A DNA stretch of 64,000 bases from Octopus vulgaris (taxonomy: Eukaryota). Location: assembly GCA_951406725.2 (NCBI GenBank), contig OX597814.1:201748001-201812000 (forward strand), in the 5' to 3' direction. The notes under the pieces are model-generated. The model was not told the origin of the DNA. It saw only the letters and a program-made list of their open reading frames with translations, and searched no databases. Made by a program: the position numbers and the translations under genes. This document shows, in pieces, positions 26,659 through 38,682 of this stretch; position 1 is the first letter of the stretch, and each line of letters starts with the position of its first letter.

Positions 26659-26900
26659 CTAATATGGTTTCTTTACTATAGTTCTTTCCTCCACTAGGCA
26701 TAGCCTACATCTCATTCTACTGTTGCAGTAAGACTTGCACCTCTGTAGCACTCTCCATTCGATGTTGTAATTCACGGCACTTTTCTTCAACAGCCAAACA
26801 TGCCTAACTGGGGTTGTGGCATTGCACTTCTTCTCTATATTATAAAGGAAGGAATACGTTTGTCCAATGTGGTTCTGTTGTTCCCACACTTGAGACAGAG
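26659..26900 (-). mobile_element. Penelope-like GIY-YIG C-terminal relic
   Basis: HIGQT...RHVWLLKK...YNIEWRVLQRCKSY...CRLCLVEE matches the PLE endonuclease tail pattern. Confidence 0.75.
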
Positions 26901-27777
26901 GCAAGATGCTCATGCACATGCAGCACCTCTTGGCCTCTCAGCAACCAATGCAATGCAGAGACCATTGTATATGAGGTTGGGGTGATGTCAACGACCCCAG
27001 CAGGCAGCTTGATGCACACAAATTTGTGAGCATTAGAGTATTTACCATTTTTTTTCTTTTGTCAAACCATTACCCACCATTTGACAGATGAAGTAACTTG
27101 ATGAAGTAACTTGAAAAAGAAGAAAGTTTTGAAAGAGGAAAACTGAGGAAGGTATGAAAAGAAATTTGGGTCACAATCTTAGGATTTTAGGATGCTGAAC
27201 CTTGAGAGCCATGTGATAGGTGATAATGATAAATGCCTAGGTCCTGTGTTGGGGAAGGTGTATTTCCATGGAGGAACAGAACAAGAATTTGCAGATTGAT
27301 GATAATGACAACATTGATGACAACAACGATGGTGATGACGATTGTCATCATCATCATCATCATCATCATTTAACACCTGTCTCCCATGACGAATTTAATG
27401 AAGGTGATGATGTTAATGATAGTGATGATGAGGATGATGGTAATATAATGAAGGTGATGATGATAATGATAGTGATAATGATAATGATAATGATGATGAT
27501 GAGGATCATCATCATCATCATTCAACACCCGTCTTCCATGATGAATATAATGAAGGTGATGATGATGATGATGATGAAAGTGATGATGATAATGATAGTG
27601 ATGATGATGATGATGATGATGATGATGGTGATGATGATGGTGATGATGACAATAACGATGACCGTAATGATAAGGAGGACAAAGGGGAGTTGAAGGAGGA
27701 GGAGGAACAGCAGGAATTTATGTTTCAAACTATGATAATGACAAAGCTTTCATATAATCACAACTTTTAGAGTTAAT

Positions 27778-27814
<37 letters not shown>

Positions 27815-28254
27815 AAAGATGGAAAGAGAGAGAGAGTGGGGGAAAATGAATTTGTTTTTGTTTTTAATTTCTATCTCATAATTTCAAATTGAAAACCAAA
27901 ATAATTATCTCTCTTTAAATAATTATCTCAAGAAATATTGTGTTTTGATAATCATTCCTAATCACAAAATAAAACTGAAACTGCACAAAAAAAGGAACAG
28001 TTCTGAACAATGTTGTAAAATGATATGATGCACACTTGAACCTTCAACGTCTAATTAGTAGGTAAAAGTAACGAACTCTCAAAAAAGCCATGCGTCTACA
28101 AACATTAATAAAAAATGTATATTGTTGATCAATAGCCAGAGATTTTGTAAAAGGTTTCTGACACCATTTGACTTCCCGTCTTCCAGTTGAGGGGTTGGGT
28201 TTTGCAAGGTACAGTTTTGCAAGGTACATTATGACCCTGTTGATGTTGGTGCTC

Positions 28255-29130
28255 TGTAAAAAAGTACTGGTGGTAGGGCCACGGAAAAAGCAATGGTGAT
28301 GGTGCCACATGAAAAGCATTAGTGATGTTGCCACATAAAAAAGCACTGGTGGTGGTGCCACATAAAAAGGCACCAGTGATGGTGCCACATAAAAAGGCAT
28401 CAGTGATTGTGCCACATAAAAAGGCACCAGTGATGGTGCCACATAAAAAGGCACCAGTGATGGTGCCACATAAAAAGCACCAGTGATGGTGCCACATAAA
28501 AAGGCACCAGTGATGGTGCCACATAAAAAGGCACCAGTGATTGTGCCACATAAAAAGGCACCAGTGATGGTGCCACATAAAAAGCACCAGTGATGGTGCC
28601 ACATAAAAAAGGCACCAGTGATGGTGCCACATAAAAAGCACCAGTGATGGTGCCACATAAAAAAGGCACTGGTGATGGTGCCATATCAAAAACACCAGTG
28701 ATGGTGCCACATAAAAAGGCACCAGTGATGGTGCCACATAAAAAGGCACCAGTGATGGTGCCACATAAAAAGGCACCAGTGATGGTGCCACATAAAAAGG
28801 CACCAGTGATGGTGTCACATAAAAAAGGCACCAGTGATGGTGCCACATAAAAAGGCACCAGTGATGGTGCCACATAAAAAGGCACCAGTGATGGTGCCAC
28901 ATAAAAAGGCACCAGTGATTGTGCCACATAAAAAGGCACCAGTGATGGTGCCACATAAAAAGGCACCAGTGATGGTGCCACATAAAAAGGCACCAGTGAT
29001 TGTGCCACATAAAAAGGCACCAGTGATGGTGTCACATAAAAAAGGCACTGGTGATGGTGCCATATCAAAAACACCAGTGATGGTGTTGTATAAAAAGCAC
29101 TGGTGATGGCGCTATGTAAAAAGCACTGGG
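28255..29130. repeat. 27-bp hairpin-forming minisatellite (~30 units)
   Basis: Unit GGCACCAGTGATGGTGCCACATAAAAA, homogeneous in the centre and degenerate at the edges. Confidence 0.95.
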
Positions 29131-29140
29131 TGATAGTTCC

Positions 29141-29898
29141 CTTCCACTGTTTACAGCAGTGCTTGGAAGGAACGTGTGTAGTGTGTAATCATTGCATTGA
29201 CCATGACAGAGAAAGTTGTCATAGCAATACCAGATCAGAGGCCTATGTAAAGTTGCAGAAAGTGTATGGGGAAAAGTGTAGGAGTCAGTCGCAAGTGTAC
29301 AAGTTGTTCAGATGTTTCAAAGATAGCCATAAAAACGTCGATATTGATGAACGTTCAGGTACTAAAATGTACTTGATGATAAAATTCATTTAGCTATGTA
29401 AAAAGGCACTGGTGATGGTGCCATGTCAAAAGCCACAGTGATGGTGTTGCACAAAAAGCAGCTGTTGGACTTGTAAAATCTCTTATTTAATCCATTTAAT
29501 TCCTGATATTGCTAAATGAATTTTATCATCAAGTACATTTCAGGACCTGAACGTTCATCAATATCGATATTTCTTTGGCAATCTTCGAAACATCTGAACA
29601 ACTTGTACACTTGCGACTGACTCCTACACTTTTCCCCATACACTTTCTGCAACTTTACATAGGCCTCTGATCTGGTATTGCTATGACAACTTTCTCTGTC
29701 ATGGTCAATGCAATGATTACACACTACACACCTTCCTTCCAAGCACTGCTGTAAACAGTGGAAGTGAACTAGAATGTTAAAACTGAGTGCACAAGCACAG
29801 CAGAGGTCAAGGTCAATCTTTGTTAAGCAGCTTCACTCTGTGTGCTTTAGATTTGTTATTATGGCAACAATCCGGATACTTATTGATCAGACATCATA
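29141..29898. mobile_element. Mariner 5' fragment duplicated as an inverted repeat
   Basis: Arms at 29141-29394 (+) and 29511-29764 (-) encode EAYVKLQKVYGEKCRSQSQVYKLFRCF..DIDERSG (HTH). A mariner-like TIR ends near 29898. Confidence 0.8.
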
Positions 29899-29918
29899 TA
29901 TATAAATAAAAATATTAA

Positions 29919-29958
<40 letters not shown>

Positions 29959-30046
29959 TTTTATATATATATATATATATTATTTTAAGGGAGAAAGTCA
30001 AAGCAAGACTTATATTCTCCATACTTACTCCATTAAAAGGATTATA

Positions 30047-30083
<37 letters not shown>

Positions 30084-30199
30084 GATAATTATTAATTTAA
30101 TGTATAAATTACTATAAATTGCTGTTTTCCATGCTCACTACCTGATAATTATCCTGATCATGAAATTTATCCTTATTTTATGAGTTTATATATATATAT

Positions 30200-30415
30200 T
30201 TATTAAAAAGCAGCAAAATTATCACAAAAACTGTTACTCGAGTCCCATGTTCCCATTTGTCGAACAATTTTTGGAATTCAAAACAAAACTTCCGACGAAC
30301 GGGAACGTGAAACAGCTTTTGTGATATTTTATGGTTTTTAATAAAGCATATTATTTTACCTCTAGTACTATTGTTTCCCACCTTGTTTCACATTTGTTTG
30401 CTTACTCTGATATTT
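30200..30415. mobile_element. (TA)n-flanked foldback element with degenerate hammerhead-like arms
   Basis: IR at ~30221-30264 and ~30290-30325. Plus strand CCGACGA-ACGggaaCGU-GAAAC, and the other arm retains CUCGAG-UA. Confidence 0.45.
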
Positions 30416-30529
30416 ATATATATCATCAGGGTCTATTTGTTTAGCTACAATCCTTCAAGGTGGAGCTGCAGCCTGACCAGAGTCCAATGACTGAGACAAG
30501 AGTTCTTTACAGAAAATTCTTCTTTATAA

Positions 30530-32370
30530 ATACCGAGGATTCCATGGAGAGTTCCATGGATTCCACAACTTCCTGGAAAATTGGTCGGAAACTCCCTGGA
30601 TATTCGGAGGATTTAATGGAAAGTTCCGGGGATTCCCGCGCCTTCATGGAAATTTGGTCGGAAACTTCATGGAAAGTCCCGCAGATTTCATGAAAAGTTC
30701 CGGGGGTTCCCCCGACTTCCTGGAAAATTGGTAAGAAATTTCCTGGAAAATTCCGATGATTTAATGGAAAGTTCTGGGGATTCAACCGAATTCCTGGAAA
30801 ATTGTTCGGAAACTTCTGGAAAGTTCCAAGGATTTCATGGAAACGTCCAGGGATTCCCCAACTTCCTGGAAAATTGTTCGGAAAGTGCATGGAAAGTTCC
30901 GAGGCTTCCATGGAAAATTCCTGGAATTCCACCAACTTCCTAGGAAATGATTCGGAAACTTCCTGGAAAGTTCCGAGGATTTCATGGAAAGTTCCGGGGA
31001 TTCCCCCAACTTCCTGGAAAAATTGGTGAGAAACTTCCTGGAATATTACGAAGATTTCAGGGAAAGTTCCGGGGATTCCTCCTAATTACTCGAAAAATGT
31101 TCGGAAAGTTCCTGGAGAGTTCCGAGGATTTCATGGAAAGTTACGGGGATTCCCTCGAATACCCGAGAAATAGTTCGGAAACTTCCTGGAAAGTTCCGAA
31201 GATTTAATGGAAACTTCTAGGGATTTAAACGAAGTTCCTGGAAAATTGTTCCGAAAGTTCCGAGGAATTCATGGAAAGTTCCGGGATCCCTGACTTCCTG
31301 GAAAATTTGTCAGAACCTTCCTGGAGAGTTCCAAAGATTTCATGGAAAATTCCTGGAATTCCCTAAATTCCGGGAAAATTGACTCAGAAACTTCCTGGAA
31401 AGTTCCGGGGATTCCCCCAACTTTCTGGAAAAATTGGTGAGAAACTTCCTGGAAAATTCCGTAGATTTCATGCAAACTTCCGGGGATTCCTCTTAATTAC
31501 TGGTAAAATGTTCGGAAAGTTCCTGGAAAGTTCCGATGATTTCATGGAAAGTTCCGGGGATCCCTCGAATTCCCGGAAAATTGTTCCTAAACTTCCTGGA
31601 AAGTTCCGAGGAGTTCATGCAAAATTCCGGGGATCCCCTGACTCCCTGGAAAATTTGTCAGAAACTTCCTGGAGAGTTCCAAAGATTTCATGGAAAGTTC
31701 CGAGGTTTTCATGGAACGTTCCTGGAATTCCCAAAATTCCGGGAAAACCGGTCGAAAATTTCCTGGAAAGTTCCGAGGAATTCATTGAAAGTTCCGGGGA
31801 TTTCCCTGACTTCCTGGAAAATTGGTCAGAAACTTCCTGGAAAGTTCCGAAGATTTCATGGAAAGTTCTAGGGATTCCCTCTAATTGCTGGAAAATTGCT
31901 GGGAAACTTCCTGGAAAGTCCCGAGGTTTTCATGGAAAGTTCCGGGGATTCCCCTGAATTCCTGGAAAATTGTTCGGAAACTTCCCGGAAAGTTCCGAGG
32001 ATTTGATGGAAACTTCCAGGGGTTCCCGAACTTCCTGGAAAGTTGTTCGGAAACTTCCTGAAAAGTTCCGATGGTTTCGTAGAAAGTTCCGGGGATTCCC
32101 CAACTTCCTGGAAAATTGGTTGGAAAGTACCGATTATTTCATGGAAAGTTCCGAGGATTCCCCAACTTCTTGGAAATTTGGTCGGAAACATCCTGGAAAA
32201 ATCGATGAAATAACTAAGCTTTTTGCCAAACGAGATCTATAAAATGACGTAGCGGTTCGCCAAACGAGATCAATAAAATGACCTAGCTGTTCGCCAAATG
32301 TTGAAAACTTCCTAGGAAGTTCCGAGGACTTTGTACCTTCCTGGAAAATCAGTCAAAAACTTCCTGGGAA
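30530..32370. repeat. ~73-bp satellite built from 21-29 bp subrepeats
   Basis: Consensus CTTCCTGGAAAATTGGTCGGAAACTTCCTGGAAAGTTCCGAGGATTTCATGGAAAGTTCCGGGGATTCCCCAA, interrupted by a 34-bp duplication at ~32225-32300. Confidence 0.9.
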
Positions 32371-32515
32371 GGCGAGCTTAGCGTGGACGGAAACCACACG
32401 TCGAGCCAAGGGGCAAAAGCTCGCTCGATCTCGATCTTCAGTACGAATACTGACTGCGAAAGCGTAGCCCATCGATCCTTTCCGAATTGCAGTGGTGAAC
32501 TATGCGTCCGCCGAC

Positions 32516-32555
<40 letters not shown>

Positions 32556-32583
32556 TGGCCAAGCGTTTGCAGCAACATCGCTC

Positions 32584-32617
<34 letters not shown>

Positions 32618-33310
32618 CGAAGCAGAATTCGCAAAGCATTGGATTGTTCACCCACTAACAGGGAACGTGAGCTGGGTTTAGACCATCGTGTGACAGGTTA
32701 GTTTTATCCTACCGATGCATCGTGCGTACACGCGCCCCGAGTCGCATCGGAGTTCTCGGCGTGCAGCTAAGGCGGTGGTGCTCTCGCGCATCGTCCGTCG
32801 TGGCTGTTGCCGCCGACGCTTCTCCGGCCGACCTTAGACAGGCTTCGGCAACGTCAACTCAGTTACGGCTATCCCGTCCAGTAAGAGAGGAACTACAGGA
32901 TCAGAGCAACAGTTTGCGCGCTCGCTCGATAGAGCGGTGGTGCCAGGCTGCCTCTGAGCGATAACGGCTGAACGCCTCTAAGCCGGAACTGTAGCCGGAC
33001 CCGAGTTGTTTTCCAAAAGCGTCTCAACTTCAAGGCGCATGCCTTAGCTCGGCGTTCGCCGTCTGCCTGTCGCATTCGCGTGGCGAGCGGCAGCGTCACT
33101 GGCGGAATTGCCATTTTGGGACGTGGGCGGCGGTGGCGACGTCTGCGCCGTCATCGTTGTCTACGCATCCTGCCCCGACTCGTTCGAAGAGATCGAGACA
33201 AAAAGGATCGCTTGCATACAACTCGACTTGCTGTTTGGAGTGACGTGCTTAGTAGAGCAGCTACCACACTGCGATCTATTGAGTCTCTTCTTGTGAATTA
33301 CATGATCCGC
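32371..33310 (+). pseudogene. 3'-terminal 28S rRNA fragment (domains V-VI), degenerate
   Basis: Contains gtgtcagaaaagttaccacagggataactggcttgtgg, ttcgatgtcggctcttcctatcattg, ggattgttcacccacta, an altered sarcin-ricin loop, ctgaacgcctctaag and gagcagct...ctgcgatctattga. Confidence 0.92.
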
Positions 33311-33416
33311 CCCTTCGAGGCGGAAGCAGGAGGTGAGGTGCGAAAGATGGCTAACTAAACGTGATCGAGCGGTGGTAGATGGAAACTGAAAGAAGCCCGT
33401 TGCATATATATATGTG

Positions 33417-33447
<31 letters not shown>

Positions 33448-33701
33448 TTGTGTTTGTCCCCCAACATCGCTTGACAACCGATGCTGGTGTGTTTACGTCT
33501 CCGTAACTTAGCGGTTCGGCAAAAGAGACCGATAGAATAAGTACTAGACTTACAAAGAATAAGATCTGGGGTCAATTTGCTTGACTAAAGGTGGTGCTCC
33601 AGCATGGCTGCTGTCAAATGACTGAAACAAGTTAAAGTAAAGAATAAAATATTAAAAGCTAATTTCTAAGGGAGACAATTCCTAAGCTTTAAACAACAAA
33701 A

Positions 33702-33957
33702 ATCTCTTTGAACGGCAGATCGAGAAATTAATTTTTTGTAACCAAACACTTTCAAACTTTGGACACTGGTAGAATGTGTCATATAAAACATCTTTTACTC
33801 TCAGTGTTGTTGAGAAAAGTTTGTATTTTCAAAGTTATTTCGTGTTAAATTTGTCATATTTCAGTAATTTCAACCAATCAATGACGTGTATTCAGCTGAA
33901 TAAAATTACTGCTGCTGTTTGTCAACAACAATTTCTTGTTTTCCCATTCAAAGGGAA
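33702..33957. mobile_element. MITE with short TIRs
   Basis: Ends tctctttgaacgg and ccattcaaaggga are imperfect inverted repeats. Confidence 0.45.
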
Positions 33958-34144
33958 AAGATCCCAAAAAGTTAATACAAAGAAAGAGAACACTTCATTT
34001 GGGGAGAGCAGTGGTTTGGTACAAATGTGTAACGGAGTGGTCACCAAACGGAACAGGTGTGATGATGAAGAAGAGAAAGCTGATGTGAAGGTCATTGCAT
34101 TGGACTTCAAGGAATAAGGACTGTGGTCAAAGTTGTAGATAATC

Positions 34145-34660
34145 GTCATCATCATCATCATCATCGTTTAATGTCCGTTTCTCATGCTGGCATGTGTTGG
34201 GCGGTTTGACCTGGGTCTGGGAAGCCAGGAGGCTGCACCAGGCTCCAGTCTGATCTGGCAGTGTTTCTACAGCTGGATGCCCTTCCTAACGCCAACCACT
34301 CTGTGAGTGTAGTGGGTGCTTTTTACGTGCCACTGGCACAGGTGCCAGGCGAGGCTGGCAATGGCCATGATCAGTAGGTGCTTTTTACGTGCCACCGGCA
34401 CAGGTATCAGAGCTATAATTTCCATTTGATTTTTTGATGTTGATGCTGGTGACTCAATAGGTTTCCTCAAGCACAGCAGGTCACCCTACGATCCAAGGTA
34501 AGCACAGTAGGCCGTCCTGCGATCCAAGGTACTTTGGATGGGCTGGGGCTTCTATGTGAAGCTGGTGCAGGAAACAGCCATGAACTCACGTTATTTATCG
34601 GGTCCTCGCAGTCACAGCATATCTCCAGAGGTCTCAGTCTTTCGTCATTTCCTCTGATAT
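34145..34660 (-). mobile_element. RTE-like LINE 3' end (ORF tail plus 3' UTR)
   Basis: Minus strand reads EEMTKD*DLWRYAVT (M.DR..WR motif), continuing into the UTR family and a (GAT)n tail. Confidence 0.65.
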
Positions 34661-34844
34661 ATAATATGTATAGCCAAACCACGATGGGAAGGCATGTATA
34701 AAATAACCAAGTGTTAATTTTTCTTTGTATGAGAGTGTATATATTCTTGTCGTAGCAGCAAGAAAGAGATAGAATGATATTTGTTAGAATGGCACAAGTG
34801 AACAAGTGAGAGACAAGAGAGGGAAGTTGTATGATAATACTAAT

Positions 34845-35075
34845 AATAATGAAATTATTGTATACAGTGCTCAGGTGCACCACAACTTGTCAAAAGTGCA
34901 TATAAAGCATATGCAGTAATGTCCAAATGTCTGGGAAGTGAACAGTGTATGAGTCAGATACATGCTTGCGTGTGTGTATGGAGGGGAGAAAATCAGGTGT
35001 AGTGTTGGTGAATCTCAGGAAGCATGGAAGTTTTGAAGGATGCAGTGCTCCAACAACTAACAACTGATGCCGGAT
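34845..35075 (-). mobile_element. CR1-like LINE 3' end
   Basis: Homologous to 47522-47797 (+), which reads FFMLRVAEAWNKLPASVVSCRSTASFK. Confidence 0.7.
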
Positions 35076-35358
35076 CATAGCTGCCAACTGCCCGCAGGAA
35101 CGCTTTCTCTCTCCCTCTGCCTGACTGCCTCTGTCTGTCTGCTTGGAACTGCTTGTATTTATAAGTATGCACACCATAACTTAGCGGTTCAGCAAAAGAG
35201 ACTGATAGAATAGGTACTAGGCTTACAAAGAATAAGTCCTGGGGTTGATTTGTCTGGCTAAATACAGTGCCCCAGCATGGCCGCAGTCAAATGACTGAAA
35301 CAAATAAAAGACTAATAGAATAACAGAACAAAATAATGCATGACAGAATGTGGCAAGG

Positions 35359-36014
35359 TGGTAAGCTGGCAGAAACATTAGCACACCGGACGAAATACTT
35401 AGCGGTATTTCGTCTGGCGGTGAGCTGGCAGAAACGTTAGCACACCGGGCGAAATGCATAGCCGTATTTCGTCTGCCATTACGTTCTGAGTTCTAATTCC
35501 ACTGAGGTCGACTTTGCCTTTCATCCTTTTGGGGTCGATAAATTAAGTACCAGTTACGCACTGCGGTCGATATAATCGACTTAATCCGTTTCTCTGTCCT
35601 TGTTTGTCCTCTCTGTGTTTAGCTCCTTGTGGGTAGTAAACAAATAGGTATTTCGTCTGGCGTAACGTTCTGAGTTCAAATTCTGCTAAGGTCGACTTTG
35701 CCTTTCATCCTTTCAGGGTCAATAAATTAAGTACCAGTGACGCACTGGGGTTGATATAAACGACTTAATCCATTTGTCTGTCCTTGTTTGTCCTCTCTGT
35801 GTTTAGCTCCTTGTGGGTAGTAAAGAAATAGGTATTTCGTCTGGCATAACTTTCTGAGTTCAAATTCCACTGAGGTCGACTTTGCCTTTCATCCTTTCGG
35901 GGTCAATAAATTAAGCACCAGTTACGCACTGGGGTCAATATAAACGACTTAATCCGTTTGTCTGTCCTTGTTTGTTCCCTCTATGTTTAGCCCCTTGTGG
36001 GTAGTAAAGAAATA
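35359..36014 (+). mobile_element. Tandem multimer of the Meta-like SINE inside one TSD
   Basis: Three bodies with a 184-bp period plus a duplicated head. agaatgtggcaagg flanks it at 35345-35358 and 36015-36028. Confidence 0.85.
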
Positions 36015-38453
36015 AGAATGTGGCAAGGCTTGCCCTTTGAAATACCACTCATTTTTGCCAGCTGAGTGGACTGGGGCAATGTGAAATAAAGTGTCTTGCT
36101 CAAGGATACAATCGGTTGCCAAGTATAAAACTGATGACCTCATAATCATGAGATCAATACATATTTCTTTATTACCCACAAGGGGCTAAACACAGAGAGG
36201 ACAAACAAGGACAGACAAAGGGATTAAGTCGATTATATCGACCCCAGTGTGTAACTGGTACTTTATTTACCGACTCCGAAAAGATGAAAGGCAAAGTCGA
36301 CCTCGGTGAAATTTGAACTCAGAACGTAACGGCAGATGAAATACGGCTAAGCATTTCGCCCGGCGTGCTAACGATTCTGCCAGCTTGCCGCGTTCATGAG
36401 ATCAATACCCTAAACCATAAAGTCAGGAACCTTCACTCCCTGTCCATTACTGGAAAGAAGCATGTGTGTATATTCTTCAGAAAGAGAACAACTGGAAATA
36501 TTGATGCGGAAGTTGTAGATATATCATATAAGAGGGTAGTACGACTGAGATAATTAAATTTAGAGTTTCAATTAGCAACGTGATGATATGCTGATATGCT
36601 GCAATAATAGGATTAAATGATGTATTAAAGAGCTTTGTATTCTCCTCTTAGTCTTCTCTCGATGTTATAAAATTAAATGACAAGGATATCACCATCTCTG
36701 ACTGGAATATTAAGGATTATATTGCAGAAACATTGACTATCAGGGTGGATTTATTGGTGTGTGTGGAGATAAAATGATACAACGCAAGAAATGAGGAAGG
36801 AAAATTCGTAGTAATTAAGTTAGCATCTATATTGGTAACTCGAATCAAAAGTAGGTTACACCTACCAAACAAGTGAATATAGAAATGGTATGTTTGGGTT
36901 GTTGTTGTTGCTAGTCAAGTAAATGGGTTGTATTAGCATGTGTACTCAAGTATAAAATGTGCACGTATAGCAGTATGGTTAAGAATGATGTGCTCTTGGT
37001 CTTGGGTTCTGTCCCACTGTACAGCACCTTGAGTAAGTGTGTTGGGTCAACCGGTGCTTTGTGGGTTGATTTGGGGACCAGAAACTGAAAGAGGCATGTT
37101 ATGTATGTATGTATGTATGTATGTATGTATGTATGTATGTATGCATGTATGCATGTATGTATGTATGTATGTATGTATGTATGTATGTATGCATGCATGT
37201 ATGTATGTATGTATGTATGTATGAATGTATGAATGTGTGTATGTATATATGTATGCATGTATGTATATACGTATGTATGTATGTATGCATACATGTATGT
37301 ATATACATATGTATAGCAATGGAGGAGGAGTGTTCTGAAGGTGAAGTGATGTTGGTGCATTTTTGTCCCCATAACTTAGTAGTTCGGCAAAAGAGACTGA
37401 TAGAATAAGTACTAGGCTTACAAAGAATAAGTCCTTGGGTAGATTTGTTAAACTAAAGGTAGTGCTCCAGCATGGCCGCAGTCAAATGACTGAAACAAGT
37501 AAATGAATAAAAGAATGAATATATATATATTGGATAGATATTATTCCTTAGTGGGTTGGACTCACAACCCCTAACTATGTATGTATGTATATTGGTGTGC
37601 CTGTGTTTGTCCCCCCAACATCGCTTGACAACTAATGTTGGCATGTTTATGTTCCTGTAACTTAGTCGTTCAGCAAAAGGGGCCAATGGAACAAGTACTA
37701 GGCTTACAAAAATAAGCCCTGGGGTCAATTTGTTTGGGAAAAAGTGGGTGCTCCTGCATGGCCGCAGTCAAATGACTGAAACAAGTAACAGAACAAATAC
37801 ATATCTACATACAACAGGCTTCTTTCAGTTTCCATCAACCAAATCCATTCACAAGGCTTTGGTCAGCCAGTGGTTATAGTAAAAGACACTTGCCCAAGAT
37901 GCCATACAGTGGGATTGAACCCAGAATCATGCCATTCTGAAGCAAGCTTCTTAACACACAACCATGTCTGTGCCATGATATTATTTTTCATTTTTCAAAC
38001 TTTTAGCTCAAACACTAAACCTAAAAGTCGTGTGCAAAGTACTTATTTTTTTATTATCAAGGAAGCAATTAAAATATTGCTGTCATTCACACAAAATTAT
38101 TTCTGTATCACAAATCAGTTTTGTGATGGCCAATTGTAGATTTCTGCGTGCATAATAAAGTTACAACAGTCTAAGAATATCAATATACATGTCAAATACA
38201 TCATTTAAAAAGCCTGGCAATGAAGAAGAATAAATTTAATATATTGTATAAAATATTTTATGGCATAGGCACAGGTGTGGCTGTGTAGTAAGAGGTTTCT
38301 CTCCCAACCATATGGTCCCGGGTTCAGTCCCACTTTATGGCACTTTGAGCAAGTGTCTGCTACTGTACCCTCAGGCTAACCAAGGCCTTGTCAGATTTGG
38401 TTGGTGGAAACTGAAGAAGCCCATCACATGTTTGTGTGCAAGTGTGTGTGTGA

Positions 38454-38508
<55 letters not shown>

Positions 38509-38682
38509 TGAAGGAGTGGCTGTGTGATAAGAAAACTGCTTTCTCAACTGCATTGTTCCAGGTTCAGTCCCATTGCATGGCACCTTGAGCAAGCATCTTC
38601 TACTAGAGCCTCGGGCCGATCAAATCCTTGTTAGTGGATTTGGTAGACAGAGACTGAAAGAAGAATATATATATATATATAT

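Noticed and set aside
28255-29130. CRISPR-like palindromic repeat array
   Set aside because: There are no unique spacers and no cas genes, and the context is eukaryotic. It is a contiguous minisatellite.
30460-32242. Overlapping ORFs in the satellite
   Set aside because: These are periodic translations of a stop-poor repeat.
32371-33310. Functional rRNA gene
   Set aside because: It is only the 3' ~0.9 kb, has substitutions in invariant loops, and has no 18S, 5.8S or 5' 28S.
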